Below the pieces are notes generated by a model that was not told where the DNA came from, searched no databases, and was given only the letters and a program-made list of their open reading frames with translations. A stretch of DNA of 64,000 bases from Eledone cirrhosa (lineage: Eukaryota). Numbering within the stretch: position 1 is the stretch's first letter; each line of letters opens with the position of its first letter. Of the stretch, positions 48,281 to 61,200 are shown in pieces. A program made the position numbers and the translations under genes. The stretch lies in NCBI GenBank assembly GCA_964016885.1, contig OZ024764.1:26784001-26848000 (forward strand), read 5' to 3'.

Positions 48281-50463
48281 CCCTTCAAGATGTGTATGAC
48301 GAGAAAGAAGCCGTTTTAGAATCGTATGACATAGATAATAACTGGAATTTCTTATGTGACAACTTACTGCAGGCTGCTGAAGACACTTGTGGCTGGAGCA
48401 GAGCTCCGACCAGACAGAGAGTGACCTGGTGGTGGGACAACACGGTAGATAAGGCCATTAGAGACAAAAGACTAGCATGGAACACTTGGATAAATGGTGG
48501 GAGTAGAGACCGATGCACAGCCGCTAAGAAAGAAGCTAGACGTCAGGTGTACTTAGCACGCAGGGAGGCTGAGAATAGGAGGGTTGCCAATGTTCTGTGA
48601 CGGGAAGATCAAAGACGTGCGGTGTTCCGCATTGCAAGCCAGTGTGTCAGTGTAAATCGGGATGTTGTTGGAGATAAATGTGTCCGGAATGATGCTGGTG
48701 TACTCAGTGTCAATAATGATCAGAAAAAGGAGGCCTGGAAATGCCATTATGAGAGGCTGATGAATGTAGAGAATGAATGGGAGAGAGAGAAACTACCCAC
48801 ATTTGACCGAACAGAGGGACCAGCTATTGAGATTGTTGACTATAGGGTCAAAGAGGCAATTAAAGAAAGGAAAAATGGTAAGGCAGCTGGACCATCAGGG
48901 ATAGTTGCTGAGATGCTGAAGGCATGAGGAGAAGTAGGTACTAAACTGGTTGCAAGCATAATCAATCAAGCTATATATGGCGGAGTCATACCCAAAGACT
49001 GGTGCAGCAGTATTCTCATAAATTGCTACAAAGGTAAAGGGGATGCTCTGGAGAGGATCAATTATAGAGGCAGAAAACTGATGGATCAGGTTATGAAAGT
49101 GGCAGAAAGGATATTAGAGCAACTAATTAGAGAAAGAGTCAAACTAGATGAGATGCAGTTTGGTTTTGTGCCTGGGAAAAGTACAACCGATGCCCTCTTC
49201 TTAAAGAAGAATAAGCCATTATACTTAGCTTTTGTTGACCTAGAGAAAGCCTTTGATAGTGTACCCCAGTCTGTCATCTGGTGATCCCTAAGGAAACTAG
49301 GTGTTGAGGAATGGCTTGTGAGGACAGTACAAGCTTTGTACAGAGGTACTGTCTGTAAAGTGAGGGTAGGAATGGAGTTTAGTGAGGAATTCCAGATACA
49401 AGGAGGAGTCCATCAGAGTTCGGTCCTCAGCCCGCTCTTCTTCATTATAGTCCTCCAAGCCATAACAGAGGAGTTTAAGACTAGCTGCCCATGGGAACTT
49501 CTCTATACTGACAATCTGGTTTTTATAGCAGAATCAGTAGAGGAGCTAGAGAATAAATTCTGGCTATGGAAACAGCAGTTGGAATTAAGAGGACTGAGAG
49601 TGAACCCAGCTAAAACAAAAGTGTTGATAAGTAGAAAAAAGGACAAAACTCTGATGGCCATGTTCGATATGCAGAAAAGGAACTGGTATACATTCTATAA
49701 AATGTACACAATGCAGATCTTGGGTACACACGAGATGTAGTGGGATAGCAGGCAAACTAACAGGTAGGGAAAACTACGTTTGCAGTAGATGTACAGGGAA
49801 ATTTGACAGTAGAAGTCGCATTGATAGACACATTTTTCAAATGCAAGTTGGTTCTATAAAAGTGGTTGATAGCTTCAGTACCTAGGTGATCAGATTAGTA
49901 TGGGAGGGGGGGGGGTGTTCCGAGGCCATAGTATCTAGAATAAGGATGGGCTGGAAGAAGTTTAGGGAGCTGCCTCCTCTGGTGACAAAGAGGGTTTCTC
50001 CCTGCATACAAAAGGTTGGTTGTTTGATGCCTGTGTGAGATGCACAATGTTGCATGGTAGTGAGACATGGGCAGCAACTGCAGAGGATATGCGAAGGCTG
50101 AAGAGAAATGAAGCAAGCATGCTCCATTGGATGTGCAATGTCAATGTGCGTGAAAGACCAAGCATGGACGAGTTGAGAGTGAAACTCTATAAGAAGGATA
50201 AACTGCAGTGTGCGGGAGAAAAGACTGCGTTGGTATGGCCATGCGATGCGTATGCAGGATTACCGCAGGGTGAAGAAGTGCCAAGTAATCCCAGTGGGAG
50301 GAATATGCAGTAGAGGAAGACCAAGGAAGATATGGGCAGAGGTAGTGAGAGCTGACCTCAGATCGTTGAAGCTCAGAGGAGATGATGAAGGAGAGATGCT
50401 GCGCTGAAGAGGATCTGTCCCACCCTTATAAGCAGGGAAAAGTGGATGTATAATGATGATGAT
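48281..50463 (+). mobile_element. 5'-truncated, decayed RTE-clade LINE (reverse transcriptase pseudogene)
   Basis: KAAGPSGIVAEMLK; PKDW...YKGKGD...NYRG; EMQFGFVPGKSTTDA; AFVDLEKAFDSVP; GVHQSSVLSP; LLYTDNL (YADD decayed); MLHGSETW; RLRWYGH; RGRPRKIW; (GAT)n 3' tail at ~50451-50463. It has stops and frameshifts. Confidence 0.92.
49661..49792 (+). other. PHD finger (C4HC3) embedded in the LINE RT region
   Basis: Open frame reads CSICRKGTGIHSIKCTQCRSWVHTRCSGIAGKLTGRENYVCSRC, i.e. C-x2-C-x10-C-x2-C-x4-H-x2-C-x14-C-x2-C. Confidence 0.85.
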
Positions 50464-50545
50464 ATATATATATGTCCCACCCTTGCAAACAGGGAAAAGC
50501 AGACGTAAAATGAAAATGATGATATATATATAGATAGATAGATAG

Positions 50546-50588
<43 letters not shown>

Positions 50589-50939
50589 CTTATACGTCAT
50601 GGTGGCTACAGGTGCCAAGAGGAAGAAGCCGGACAATCCTCTGATATTTGTTTATCTTCCTTTCCTTCGTGGGCCGCGGTACCCGGGTTTGTGGCCGAAG
50701 CGACCAAGTTGAAATCGGCCACCGGTGGTTGATATCACCAGGTTAGGAAACCCTGGTTTAGTCGCTCCAGTTATTACTTCGTTAGACATAGTCAGTAATT
50801 GAAATTAAAGCCTAAAGGTGTACTAAAGCCACAAACGTTTTTCTATCTATGAATTATTAGTGGTGTAAACAGATGAATTAAAGTCAAAGCTAACAAATAT
50901 ATCACCAAGAAGAATATCTAAGGATTTCCAAAGTGTAAA

Positions 50940-51160
50940 GTCAGCTCAAGCCTGGAGACTTATCAAGCAGGTGCCTGTCCCAGTTCCTCTAGCGTAAAGG
51001 GACTGAGAGTACATGACTTCCCCCTGGACATGATGTCAGTCCATCGCAGGGTTAACCCCCCACCTATGTGAAATTAAGTTTTTGCTCAAGTAAAACAACT
51101 AACAACACGGTCCAGGAATCGAATACACATATGATCGTAAGACCACGGGCCTCCACTATC
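50940..51160 (-). mobile_element. Degenerate SINE fragment (CORE-like)
   Basis: CCCCCTGGACATGATGTCAGTCCATCGCAGGGTTAACCCC...TTGCTCAAG...AGGAATCGAA resembles the antisense of metazoan tRNA-SINE bodies with a B box. Recognised from recall only. Confidence 0.45.
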
Positions 51161-51734
51161 GAAGGATCTACCCTTCATTAAAGAATAAATTAGACTTATG
51201 CTTACATCGCCGACATAATTATGGTCGGAAAGGACATTACTGAAAATAAGGAATGAACAACTAAAGGAAGACAGAAACGGTCCCTCCTATCTGAAATATT
51301 AAGGAAGGAATCTACACAGGAGGGCCCATCTTCCTACCAAAAGAATTATTTTAACAAGCCTACATCCTACTGAGCCAAAGAAAGGGGCCTCATAACTAGA
51401 ACATGCTTCATTTGTCCTAAATACGGAGCTGACTTTACATATAATTATATATATGTATATATATATAGTATGTGTGTGTGTGTATGAAGATGTATGACCC
51501 CTAGCAAGCCAAACTACAGTTACTCCCCAACATGGATAGCAAATTAAAACATTACCTGTTAGAGACAAACGTGAAATGATTTGTTAGTGAACTACCGGTG
51601 TCACAGTAATTATGTTACCGGTGTAACTATTTCTGTTTACCTTATTTTTAAATCACACTCCTATATTAGTTTAGTGACCTTTCAATTCAAATAAATTCTT
51701 GATGATGATTGAACTCGCATTGGTGTAGCCCAAC

Positions 51735-52097
51735 GCCTTGGCCTCCGCGTGTGTGAGCCACATAAATGCTCTCAACGACATAGTGAGAAGAAGCCTGGAC
51801 GCAGCTGAATTTCCATCTCAACTGGAGCCAGCAGGCCTAGGCCGCGGAGATGGCAAGCACCCCGAGGGAATCACCCTCTTCCCATTCGAAGGAGGTAGAT
51901 CCACAAACCCCAGCATCGCTGCCCGTCTCGCAGATGAACATAAAATAAACAAATTCCGGTGTTTGTCCTGGAGCCTCTTCTAAGCACCAGCCGCCGTCGA
52001 GACCCCGGGCCAACTTGGACCCATTACAGCCGAGCTCCTCCGCAACATCGCAGTGTCTGTGGCCCGTCTGAGGATGGAGTCCCACGAGGTTGGATGC
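51735..52097 (+). pseudogene. CRE-like restriction-like endonuclease (RLE) domain fragment
   Basis: H.NALNDIVRRSL..A..PSQLEPAGLGRGDGKHPEGITLFPFEGGR (cf. DGKRPDG) ... AARLADEHKINKF ... ETPGQLGPITAELL. Confidence 0.8.
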
Positions 52098-52239
52098 CTG
52101 TTGCAGCAGGTGTCACTGTCCTTACATATATATACGTAAATGTTCCCTTGACTGCTATTTCTAGCATATATTAATAGACACTTTAGAAACAGCAGCTAAA
52201 AATCAAGAAACAACAGTGTGTGTCTGTATATATATACAC

Positions 52240-52301
<62 letters not shown>
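52240..52301 (+). repeat. (GA)n microsatellite; longer paralog at 59158-59246
   Basis: Direct observation. Confidence 0.95.
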
Positions 52302-52302
<1 letters not shown>

Positions 52303-52386
52303 AGCCAAAGACACGCACACACGCACATACACATACACACAGGTGTATGTCTGCGTGTATGTATATATATGTGTGTGTCTTTTCGT

Positions 52387-52429
<43 letters not shown>

Positions 52430-52449
52430 CAGTGATCCCCCTCGCAACC

Positions 52450-53045
52450 TTTAATTAAACAAACCTGCGATGAGGCGATGATCAAAATAAACACCAAAGT
52501 GTAAACAAACAGCCCATAGGTGCTGCCGGATACACGATAACATGTGTAGACGAAGTAAAACTTTTATTACTGTAATATAAAGTAGAAACCCTTTATTTAA
52601 ACAAAGCTGCGTGGCAGCGATGATCAAAACAAACTTCAAAGTGTAAACAAACCTCTCGTAGGTGCGGCCAGATACACGCTAACATGTGTATACGAAGTGT
52701 AACAGGGAGTTGGGTCGTATTATATGACTTTCAAATTGACCCCTATTATATTCAAATTATCCCCTGTGGGGCGTGCACCCCACGTTGAGAATCCCTCATA
52801 AATAAATATATGTGAGTGTGTTGCTATGACTGCTATTTCTAGCAGGTTTACTGCAGTCCTGTAGACGCACAACAAAAACCGGAAGTGGCAGCCATTAAAA
52901 AACTTTGGCTTAAAATCAGGCAAAAGTTTTTTAACAATTTGCCAAGAAAGATAACTCTTGTCTGACTTAATCGCAAAAATCGAGGCAAAAATTTTGCGGC
53001 TGTGCAGTTTGTTTGGTGTATTTGACTGCTATTTCTAGCATGTAT
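52450..53045 (-). repeat. MITE-like module copy (reverse complement of ~9100-9500)
   Basis: The translated ORF 52720-52923(-) is identical to 9218-9421(+). Confidence 0.85.
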
Positions 53046-53144
53046 GGACGTATGTACGGTATAGGTGTATTTATATTTAGGATAGTTATCAAAGGTAAAT
53101 AGACTGGTTGGAGTAATAACAGTCTTGTTTATGTATATACACAC

Positions 53145-53183
<39 letters not shown>

Positions 53184-53284
53184 TGTTCTTGTATTTCTAT
53201 AGAAAAGGTAAAGAAAAGAAGAATGCTCTATGTATTGTACAGAGCTATTTAATTACATAATAAACAACAGAATATAATTATTCC

Positions 53285-55639
53285 ATGCAAATAGACTTAG
53301 AATGGAAAACATTCAGACAGAGAAGAATGGATAATGAGCGTCATAAGAGAAATTGGCCAACAATTAATATTAATGGAAATCTAGAAGAATTTCATATTAG
53401 TGATATGAATGTTTCGTGTGATCACTGTGAAGCTTTGAAATTTAGAAATGAAAATTCTAACTGTTGTAATAAAGGAAAGGTTGTGTTGCCTCCATTGCAA
53501 ATATACCCCGAGAGACTGAGAAATCTCTTTGAAAGAGGCCAGGAAGCAGTTGATTTCACAGAAACATCTGCAATTAAAACTACATTTATTTCACTTCATT
53601 TGGTGTTACCACCCGGCAGAGGCCCGTATAGCTTTCATATTCAGGGTCAAACATATTACTACACCCCCACCTCTGTAACCTGCAGAAAATACACCACAAT
53701 ATGGCCAGTTATATATTATTGATGGGAACGAAGGTGTGTAGCACAGATTGGAAGTACGACCAAATAATTGTTTCTGGCACAAGGCCAGCAATTACTGGTA
53801 CTTTATTCTATCGACCTCATAAGGATGAAAACAAAGTCAACCTTGGAGGGATTTGAACCCAGAACGTAAAGGGCCATAACCCTATGCTGCAAAGCATGGT
53901 GTCTGACGCTCTACCGATACTGCCAATCCACCGCCCTAGTACCAACAAATAATGACTGCTCACCACAAAAAATGGCTATGATAAGAGAGGTGTTGCATGA
54001 ATGTTATCCATATGTCGAAGTGTACAATACAATGCATGGCATCAAACAGCAAAGTGCAAGAAGAGAAAATTGTCGTGTACAGAACTGTGAATTAAGATTT
54101 AGAAGAGGATCAGATATGAGCTGCTATAATTTACCAACTAGTAATGATAGCTGTTGTTTTGTGGGGTTTGAGGGCAGACCACCTGTACAAAGAGATATTA
54201 TCATCTTTCCTAAAGACCATCCTCCTCAGAAAATATCACATAATTCATGCCACTTGGACCTCATGACTGACCCATAATGGTGAATTTTGGTGGCATAGTG
54301 ACATGGAGAGGAATGCAGGACCTGTGTTTGCAATAGACTGACAATGCAGGAGTATTACATATACAGCATAGCATATAGAGGAGGATTTAGTGTGATATAT
54401 AGGGCAGGTAAATTATTTTAGCAGTATTTAGTGGATGCCTATATGAAAGTAGAGGGATGCAGGCTTCTATATTTGAGGAACAATCAAGCCCAATTGTGAG
54501 TGGATGAGTATAATGGTTTAATGAATTATCTAAACAGATGATAACACTGAGCCTTAAAAAATGAAGACAAGATAAGAAACAGAGAAGACATTGACAGAAT
54601 CGTGTCAGCAGAAATACCTGCATTGGAAGATGATCCAGTACTACATGAGCAGGTTTAAAAGTTTATGATCCACAGGCCATGTGGTTCTGGAAACCCTTTT
54701 CCCCCATTTATACAAAATGGATTTTTCCAAAAGAACTATCCAAAAACCTACAGAAGGGAAACATTATTGAACCTAAATGGATACCCAGAGTACAGGAGGT
54801 GCAAGACAGGAACTGCAGTGTAAATTGGATGACATTCAGTAGATAACAGGAATGTTGTGCCATTTAATGCCTTTTTGATTAAGAAATATTGTGCACATAT
54901 TAATGTTGAAGTTTGCGCTTCTGTAAAAAGTGTCAAGTACCTCATTAAATATGTTACATGGGGCATGATTGTACATCTATAGAAGTAACGAATAATGCAT
55001 TACCTAATGAGGCTCAGAACCAACACAACCATGATGAAATAAGAACCTATCTTTGTTGCAGGTATGTGTCTCAGCCAGAAGCAGTGTCGTGTCTCTCGGA
55101 ATTTAAGCTTCATGGTACATCACATACAGTATACAGCCTAGTCACACACCTGGAGAACAAACAGAGTTTACTTTCAAAGAGGCAATGCTCAGGTTGTGGT
55201 AGAAATGCAGGGACCCTTGCTGCCTGGTTCAAGCTAAATGAACTTGCTTACACCTTCTGGGATGCCGCCTCACAAACTCCAATTATAAGCAGGATCAATA
55301 ATAATGCTTCTATGGAATATTTCAATCCAGAACAGATTATGTAATGGCACAAGATTAGAAGTAGTAGAACTGCATAAACATTTTATCAAAGCTTCTCATA
55401 TCTATGGTCCTTTGATGGGCAGGTGTGTTTTGATCCCAAGACTGAAGTTATCCCCCAGTGGTGCCAACATCCCTTTTACTTTGGAAAGACCCCAGTTTCC
55501 ATTAAGACTGTCATATGCCATGACAATCAACAAGAACCATGGTCAAATACATGATAAAGTGGGTCTGTTCCTCCCTGAGCAAGTATTTAACCCTGGACAA
55601 TTGTATGTTGCTTTTTCAAGAGTTCACAGACAGATGTAA
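53285..55639 (+). pseudogene. Helitron RepHel relic (copy 5) with SINE (53769-53937, minus)
   Basis: Near-identical to 3873-6228 at offset ~49412. It lacks one frameshift present in copy 1 (ORF 53972-54277 reads through GFEGRPPVQRDII). Confidence 0.93.
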
Positions 55640-55832
55640 AAATTAATCCTAGCAAACCCCCACCACTCCTACAACTGTTAGCTGTTAGCCCACCCCAGCA
55701 CCACCCAACCTCCGTTCTAGTCCCACCGTTAGAACCAATGCTGCTTACCCTGCCTCTTTTACTAGTTCACTCCGTCGCTCGAATTTCAAAGCTGGCCCTC
55801 TACACTTGGTCGTTGCCAGCTCACCACCTGGT

Positions 55833-55970
55833 TGTGCTCTCTGTGTCCGCACTAGCCGGTACCTAAACACAATAAAATGTCACCTGTGCTACCAAAACTA
55901 CCACAGGAACTCTGTCGGCATCAGCAAGGCTCAAGCCGAAAGGCTTCAATACTAGACCTGTAATCAGGGC
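55833..55970 (+). pseudogene. Copy of the decayed PHD fragment
   Basis: Reads the same as 6423-6560. Confidence 0.55.
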
Positions 55971-56210
55971 CACTTTACCTCCGACGACCAGCTTTCTACC
56001 GAGTGTGTGTTGATGGAGGGGACATGAGACCAGCAAAGTCCTAGGAGTAGAGACTAGTAAATAATAAACGGTCCTAGCTATGTTAAGAATATATATAAGA
56101 AAAATGTTCTATACATTTAAGAAGACAAGAGAAATAAATATTTACCTCTTTCATGTAGGTAATATAGCGGTGTTATAAAAGTATAATAACTGATGCAGGT
56201 AGTTTGTTTC

Positions 56211-56688
56211 AAACTATAACACATATAACTCTATCAGTGAAGCCCTTTAGTATAGGTCAACTAGGAAACTATAACACATATAACCCTATCAGTGAAGTCC
56301 TTTAGTATAGGTCAACTGGGAAACGATAACACATATAACCCTATCAGTGAAGTCCTTTAGTATAGGTCAACTGGGAAACTATAACACATATAACCCTATC
56401 AGTGAAGTCCTTTAGTATAGGTCAACTGGGAAACTATAACACATATAACCCTATCAGTGAAGCCCTCTGGGAAACTATAACACATATAACTCTATCAGTG
56501 AAGCCCTTTAGTATAGGTCAACTGGGAAACTATAACACATATAACCCTATCAGTGAAGTCCTTTAGTATAGGTCAACTGGGAAACTATAACACATATAAC
56601 CCTATCAGTGAAGTCCTTTAGTATAGGTCAACTGGGAAATTATAACACATATAACCCTATCAGTGAAGTCCTTTAGTATAGGTCAACT
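56211..56688 (+). repeat. 55-bp minisatellite, ~9 units
   Basis: Same unit as 6801-7443, with the same truncated internal unit and fewer copies. Confidence 0.95.
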
Positions 56689-56769
56689 AACAGAAGTATT
56701 AAGGTGGGCTCGATTGTGGCCCGCGGGCCGCCTGTTGCACGCCCCTCCTTTAGACAGAATATCTATCAC

Positions 56770-56980
56770 AGTTAAGTAATACTGTGATCTGTCGGCCAAC
56801 TACATTTTCCAGCCTGAGGCGTTTGGGGGAGTCGGGATACTGACTGCGAGATTCCTATCTTCACTGGCGGCTAGCCTGACGAAGGTGACTGGTGAAGCTC
56901 GTGAGGGCACTTGGTTGTTCCAGCTCCTCAGCCTCGCCATCGCCCGAGGTAACGCTGCAGACGTGCTGGCTTGCCTAAAA
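56770..56980 (+). pseudogene. Copy of the CRE-like 3' fragment at 7586-7795
   Basis: Near-identical; LFQLLSLAIARGNAADVLA. Confidence 0.72.
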
Positions 56981-58653
56981 AATCATTAGAGAGGTTTCCC
57001 AGTGCTCCTCGCGATACTGTTATCTTTTGCTCTAGTAGCAGCTCGTTTGTCCACCCCTTTCGCCTGCCTTTGGTTGTATGTCGTCCTAGATGTGTGTATT
57101 ACCTGCTTGTGTGTTGTATGTGGTCCTAGATGTGTGTATTACCTGCTTATGTGGTCCTAGATGTATGTATTACCTGCTGGTGTGTTGTATGTGGTCCCAG
57201 ATGTGTGCATTACCTGTTTTTGTGTTGTATGTGGTCCCAAATGTGTGTGCTACCCGCTTCTGTGATTTGTTTTGTTCCTTCTTTCTCTCTTCCGAGAAAC
57301 AATCCTGTATTTTTTTAATCTATTCCATGCGTTAAGTAATTAGCAGCAACAACAAACTGATTTTCAGTTGTAAAAAGAATCTTTAAACCTTCACCATTTA
57401 CATTAACACATACCATACGTTGTCCCAGCCACAAATAAACAGTAAAAAAAACTTACTTTGCGGTTAAATTCTTCACAATTAAAAGAAAAATATTTCTAAC
57501 ACGTTTCTAGACAACACCAAGTTTACACCTTCAATATCCGGTAAAAGTAAAAACAAATTCTGGAGACATTTAACGAAACGAAACTATGTAAAGAAAAACG
57601 AAAATTAAACGAAGACAAGTAGTAAATTTTAATTTTTATTAAATAAAATACCAGTAATTCACTGCAGTAGATTTAATCAACTTTACTCTCTCTGCACGAA
57701 AGAAGAAAAAAATTCCTGACTTAGTGCTTAATATATAGAGAGGGGGAGAGTTTGGTGTTACTTCATATAGAGAGGGGTATTGGAAGAGAGTGCCGTGTAG
57801 TAGATATAGAGAGGGAGAGAGTGTGTGCTAATTGATATAAAGAGGGGGATTTGCACCCCCCCCCGCCGCCTAGAAAAATTCTGAAATGCTTCGACCTCCC
57901 TGTACATATATATATATATATAGTATACACACACAGACATATATATGTATATATTATATATATAGTAAATAAATGTGTGTGTGTATCAGTGGTCGCCAAA
58001 CTTTTCTGTTCCACACCCCTCCTCTAAAATATGTTTATGTTCCCCTTTAATATAAAAACAATCCGAGTATTCTGAAAGTATTATTACTGTAATATAAAGT
58101 AGAAACCCTTTATTTAAACAAAGCTACGATGCAGCGATGATCAAAACAAACTTCTCGTAGGTGCTGCCAAGCGGGGAAAAGTGGATGTATAATGATGATG
58201 ATATATATATATATGCCCCACCCTTGCAAACAGGGAAAAGCAGACGTAAAATGAAAATGATGATATATATATAGATAGATAGATATGTATTTATACTTAT
58301 ACGTCATGGTGGCTACAGGTGCCAAGAGGAAGAAGCCGGTCAAATCCTCTGATATTTGTTTATCTTCCTTTCCTTTGTATATATATATATAGTATGTGTG
58401 TATGAAGATGTATGACCCCCTAGCAAGCCAAACTACAGTTACTCCCCAACATGGAGAGCAAATTAAAACATTACCTGTTAGAGAGGAACGTGAAATGAAT
58501 TGTTAGTGAACTACCGGTGTAACAGTAATTATGTTACCGGTGTAACTATTTCTGTTTACCTTATTTTTAAATGACACTCCTATATTAGTTTAGTGACCTT
58601 TCAATTCAAATAAATTCTTGATGATGATTGAACTCGCATCGGAGTAGCCCAAC

Positions 58654-59016
58654 GCCTTGGCCTCCGCGTGTGTGAGCCACATAAATGCTCTCAACGACAT
58701 AGTGAGAAGAAGCCTGGACGCAGCTGAATTTCCATCTCAACTGGAGCCAGCAGGCCTAGGCCGCGGAGATGGCAAGCACCGCGAGGGAATCACCCTCTTC
58801 CCATTCGAAGGAGGTAGATCCACAAACCCCAGCATCGCTGCCCGTCTCGCAGATGAACATAAAATAAACAAATTCCGGTGTTTGTCCTGGAGCCTCTTCT
58901 AAGCACCAGCCGCCGTCGAGACCCCGGGCCAACTTGGACCCATTACAGCCGAGCTCCTCCGCAACATCGCAGTGTCTGTGGCCCGTCTGAGGATGGAGTC
59001 CCACGAGGTTGGATGC
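58654..59016 (+). pseudogene. Copy of the CRE-like RLE fragment at 51735-52097
   Basis: ORF 58657-58902 is nearly identical to 51738-51983. Confidence 0.78.
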
Positions 59017-59158
59017 CTGTTGCAGCAGGTGTCACTGTCCTTACATATATATACGTAAATGTTCCCTTGACTGCTATTTCTAGCATATATTAATAGACAC
59101 TTTAGAAACAGCAACTAAAAATCAAGAAACAACAGTGTGTGTCTGTATATATATACAC

Positions 59159-59247
<89 letters not shown>

Positions 59248-59326
59248 AGCCAAAGACACGCACACACGAACATACACATACACACAGGTGTATGTCTGCG
59301 TGTATGTATATATATGTGTGTGTCTT

Positions 59327-59392
<66 letters not shown>

Positions 59393-59409
59393 GTCAGTGA
59401 TCCCCCTCG

Positions 59410-60009
59410 CAACCTTTAATTAAACAAACCTGCGATGAGGCGATGATCAAAATAAACACCAAAGTATAAACAAACAGCCCATAGGTGCTGCCGGATACAC
59501 GATAACATGTGTAGACGAAGTAAAACTTTTATTACTGTAATATAAAGTAGAAACCCTATATTTAAACAAAGCTGCGATGCAGCGATGATCAAAACAAACT
59601 TCAAATAACATGTGTATACGAAGTGTATCTGGAAGCTTGGTCGTATTATATGACTTTCAAATTGACCCCTATTATATTCAAATTATCCCCTGTGGGGCGT
59701 GCACCCCACGTTGAGAATCCCTCATAAATAAAAATATGTGAGTGTGTTGCTATGACTGCTATTTCTAGCAGGTTTACTGCAGTCCTGTAGACGCACAACA
59801 AAAACCGGAAGTGGCAGCCATTAAAAAACTTTGGCTTAAAATCAGCCAAAAGATTTTCAATAATAGTAAAATTTTATTTTTGACAAGGACGATAACTTTT
59901 GTCTTACTTAATCGCAAAAATCGAGGCAAAAATTTTGCGGGTGTGCAGTTTACACGCTAAAATAAACCTGCTAGAAATAGCAGTTATAGCAACTCACATA
60001 TATTTATAT

Positions 60010-60049
<40 letters not shown>

Positions 60050-60462
60050 CCAAACACACACCCTTATATATGTACGTGTGTGTGTGTTGACCGCTATATA
60101 TATATATAGCAGCCAAACACATACACAGACACACACATATATATATATATACATGTGTGTGTATATGTGTGTGTCCTCCTCTCGTCTATGGCTGTTATTT
60201 TTACATTGTCCTTTTTGTTATTTTTCTCGGGATTTGCCCGGATTCGAACATGCGACCACCTATTTACAATATAGAATCTTTACAGCTTTACTGACTTTTA
60301 AGTAATCCAAGTTGTAACCCCGGATTTAGTAGTGTTTAATTTATTTTGAAGTATTTTATTATTGGCCTTAGTTAGACGATCGTCCAAGACCATGCTGGGG
60401 CATATATATATATATGTATATATATGTGTGTGTGTGTGTGTATGCTGGGGCATATATATATA

Positions 60463-60514
<52 letters not shown>

Positions 60515-61200
60515 CTAGGGCATATATATATATGTGTGTGTGTGTATATATATATATATGTGTGTGTGTCCTTTCTGTTATTCGCTGCTATTTCTAAAGT
60601 GTCAATATATATATCATATATATATATATATGATATATAAATATATGTAAGTGAGTTGCTATGACTGCTATTTCTAGCAGGTTTATTTTTAGCGTGTAAA
60701 CTGCACACCCTCAAAATTTTTGCCTCGATTTTTGCGATTAAGTAAGACAAAAGTTATCGTCCTTGTCAAAAATAAAATTTTACTATTATTGAAAATCTTT
60801 TGGCTGATTTTAAGCCAAAGTTTTTTAATGGCTGCCACTTCCGATTTTTGTTGTGCGTCTACAGGACTGCAGTAAACCTGCTAGAAATAGCAGTCATAGC
60901 AACACACTCACATATATTTATTTATGAGGGATTCTCAACGTGGGGTGCACGCCCCACAGCGGATAATTTGAATATAATAGGGGTCAATTTGAAAGTCATA
61001 TAATACGACCCAACTCCCTGTTACACTTCGTATACACATGTTATCGTGTATCTGGCAGCACCTGCGAGAAGTTTGTTTACATTTTGGGGTTTGCTTTCAT
61101 GATCGCTGCATCGCAGCTTTGTTTAAATAAAGGGTTTCTACTTTATATTACAGTAATAACACTTTTACAAGACTCGGATTGTTTTTATATTAAAGGGGAC
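59410..61200. repeat. Inverted pair of MITE-like modules (paralog of ~9620-11300)
   Basis: ORFs 59646-59849(-) and 60800-61003(+) translate almost identically. Confidence 0.85.
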
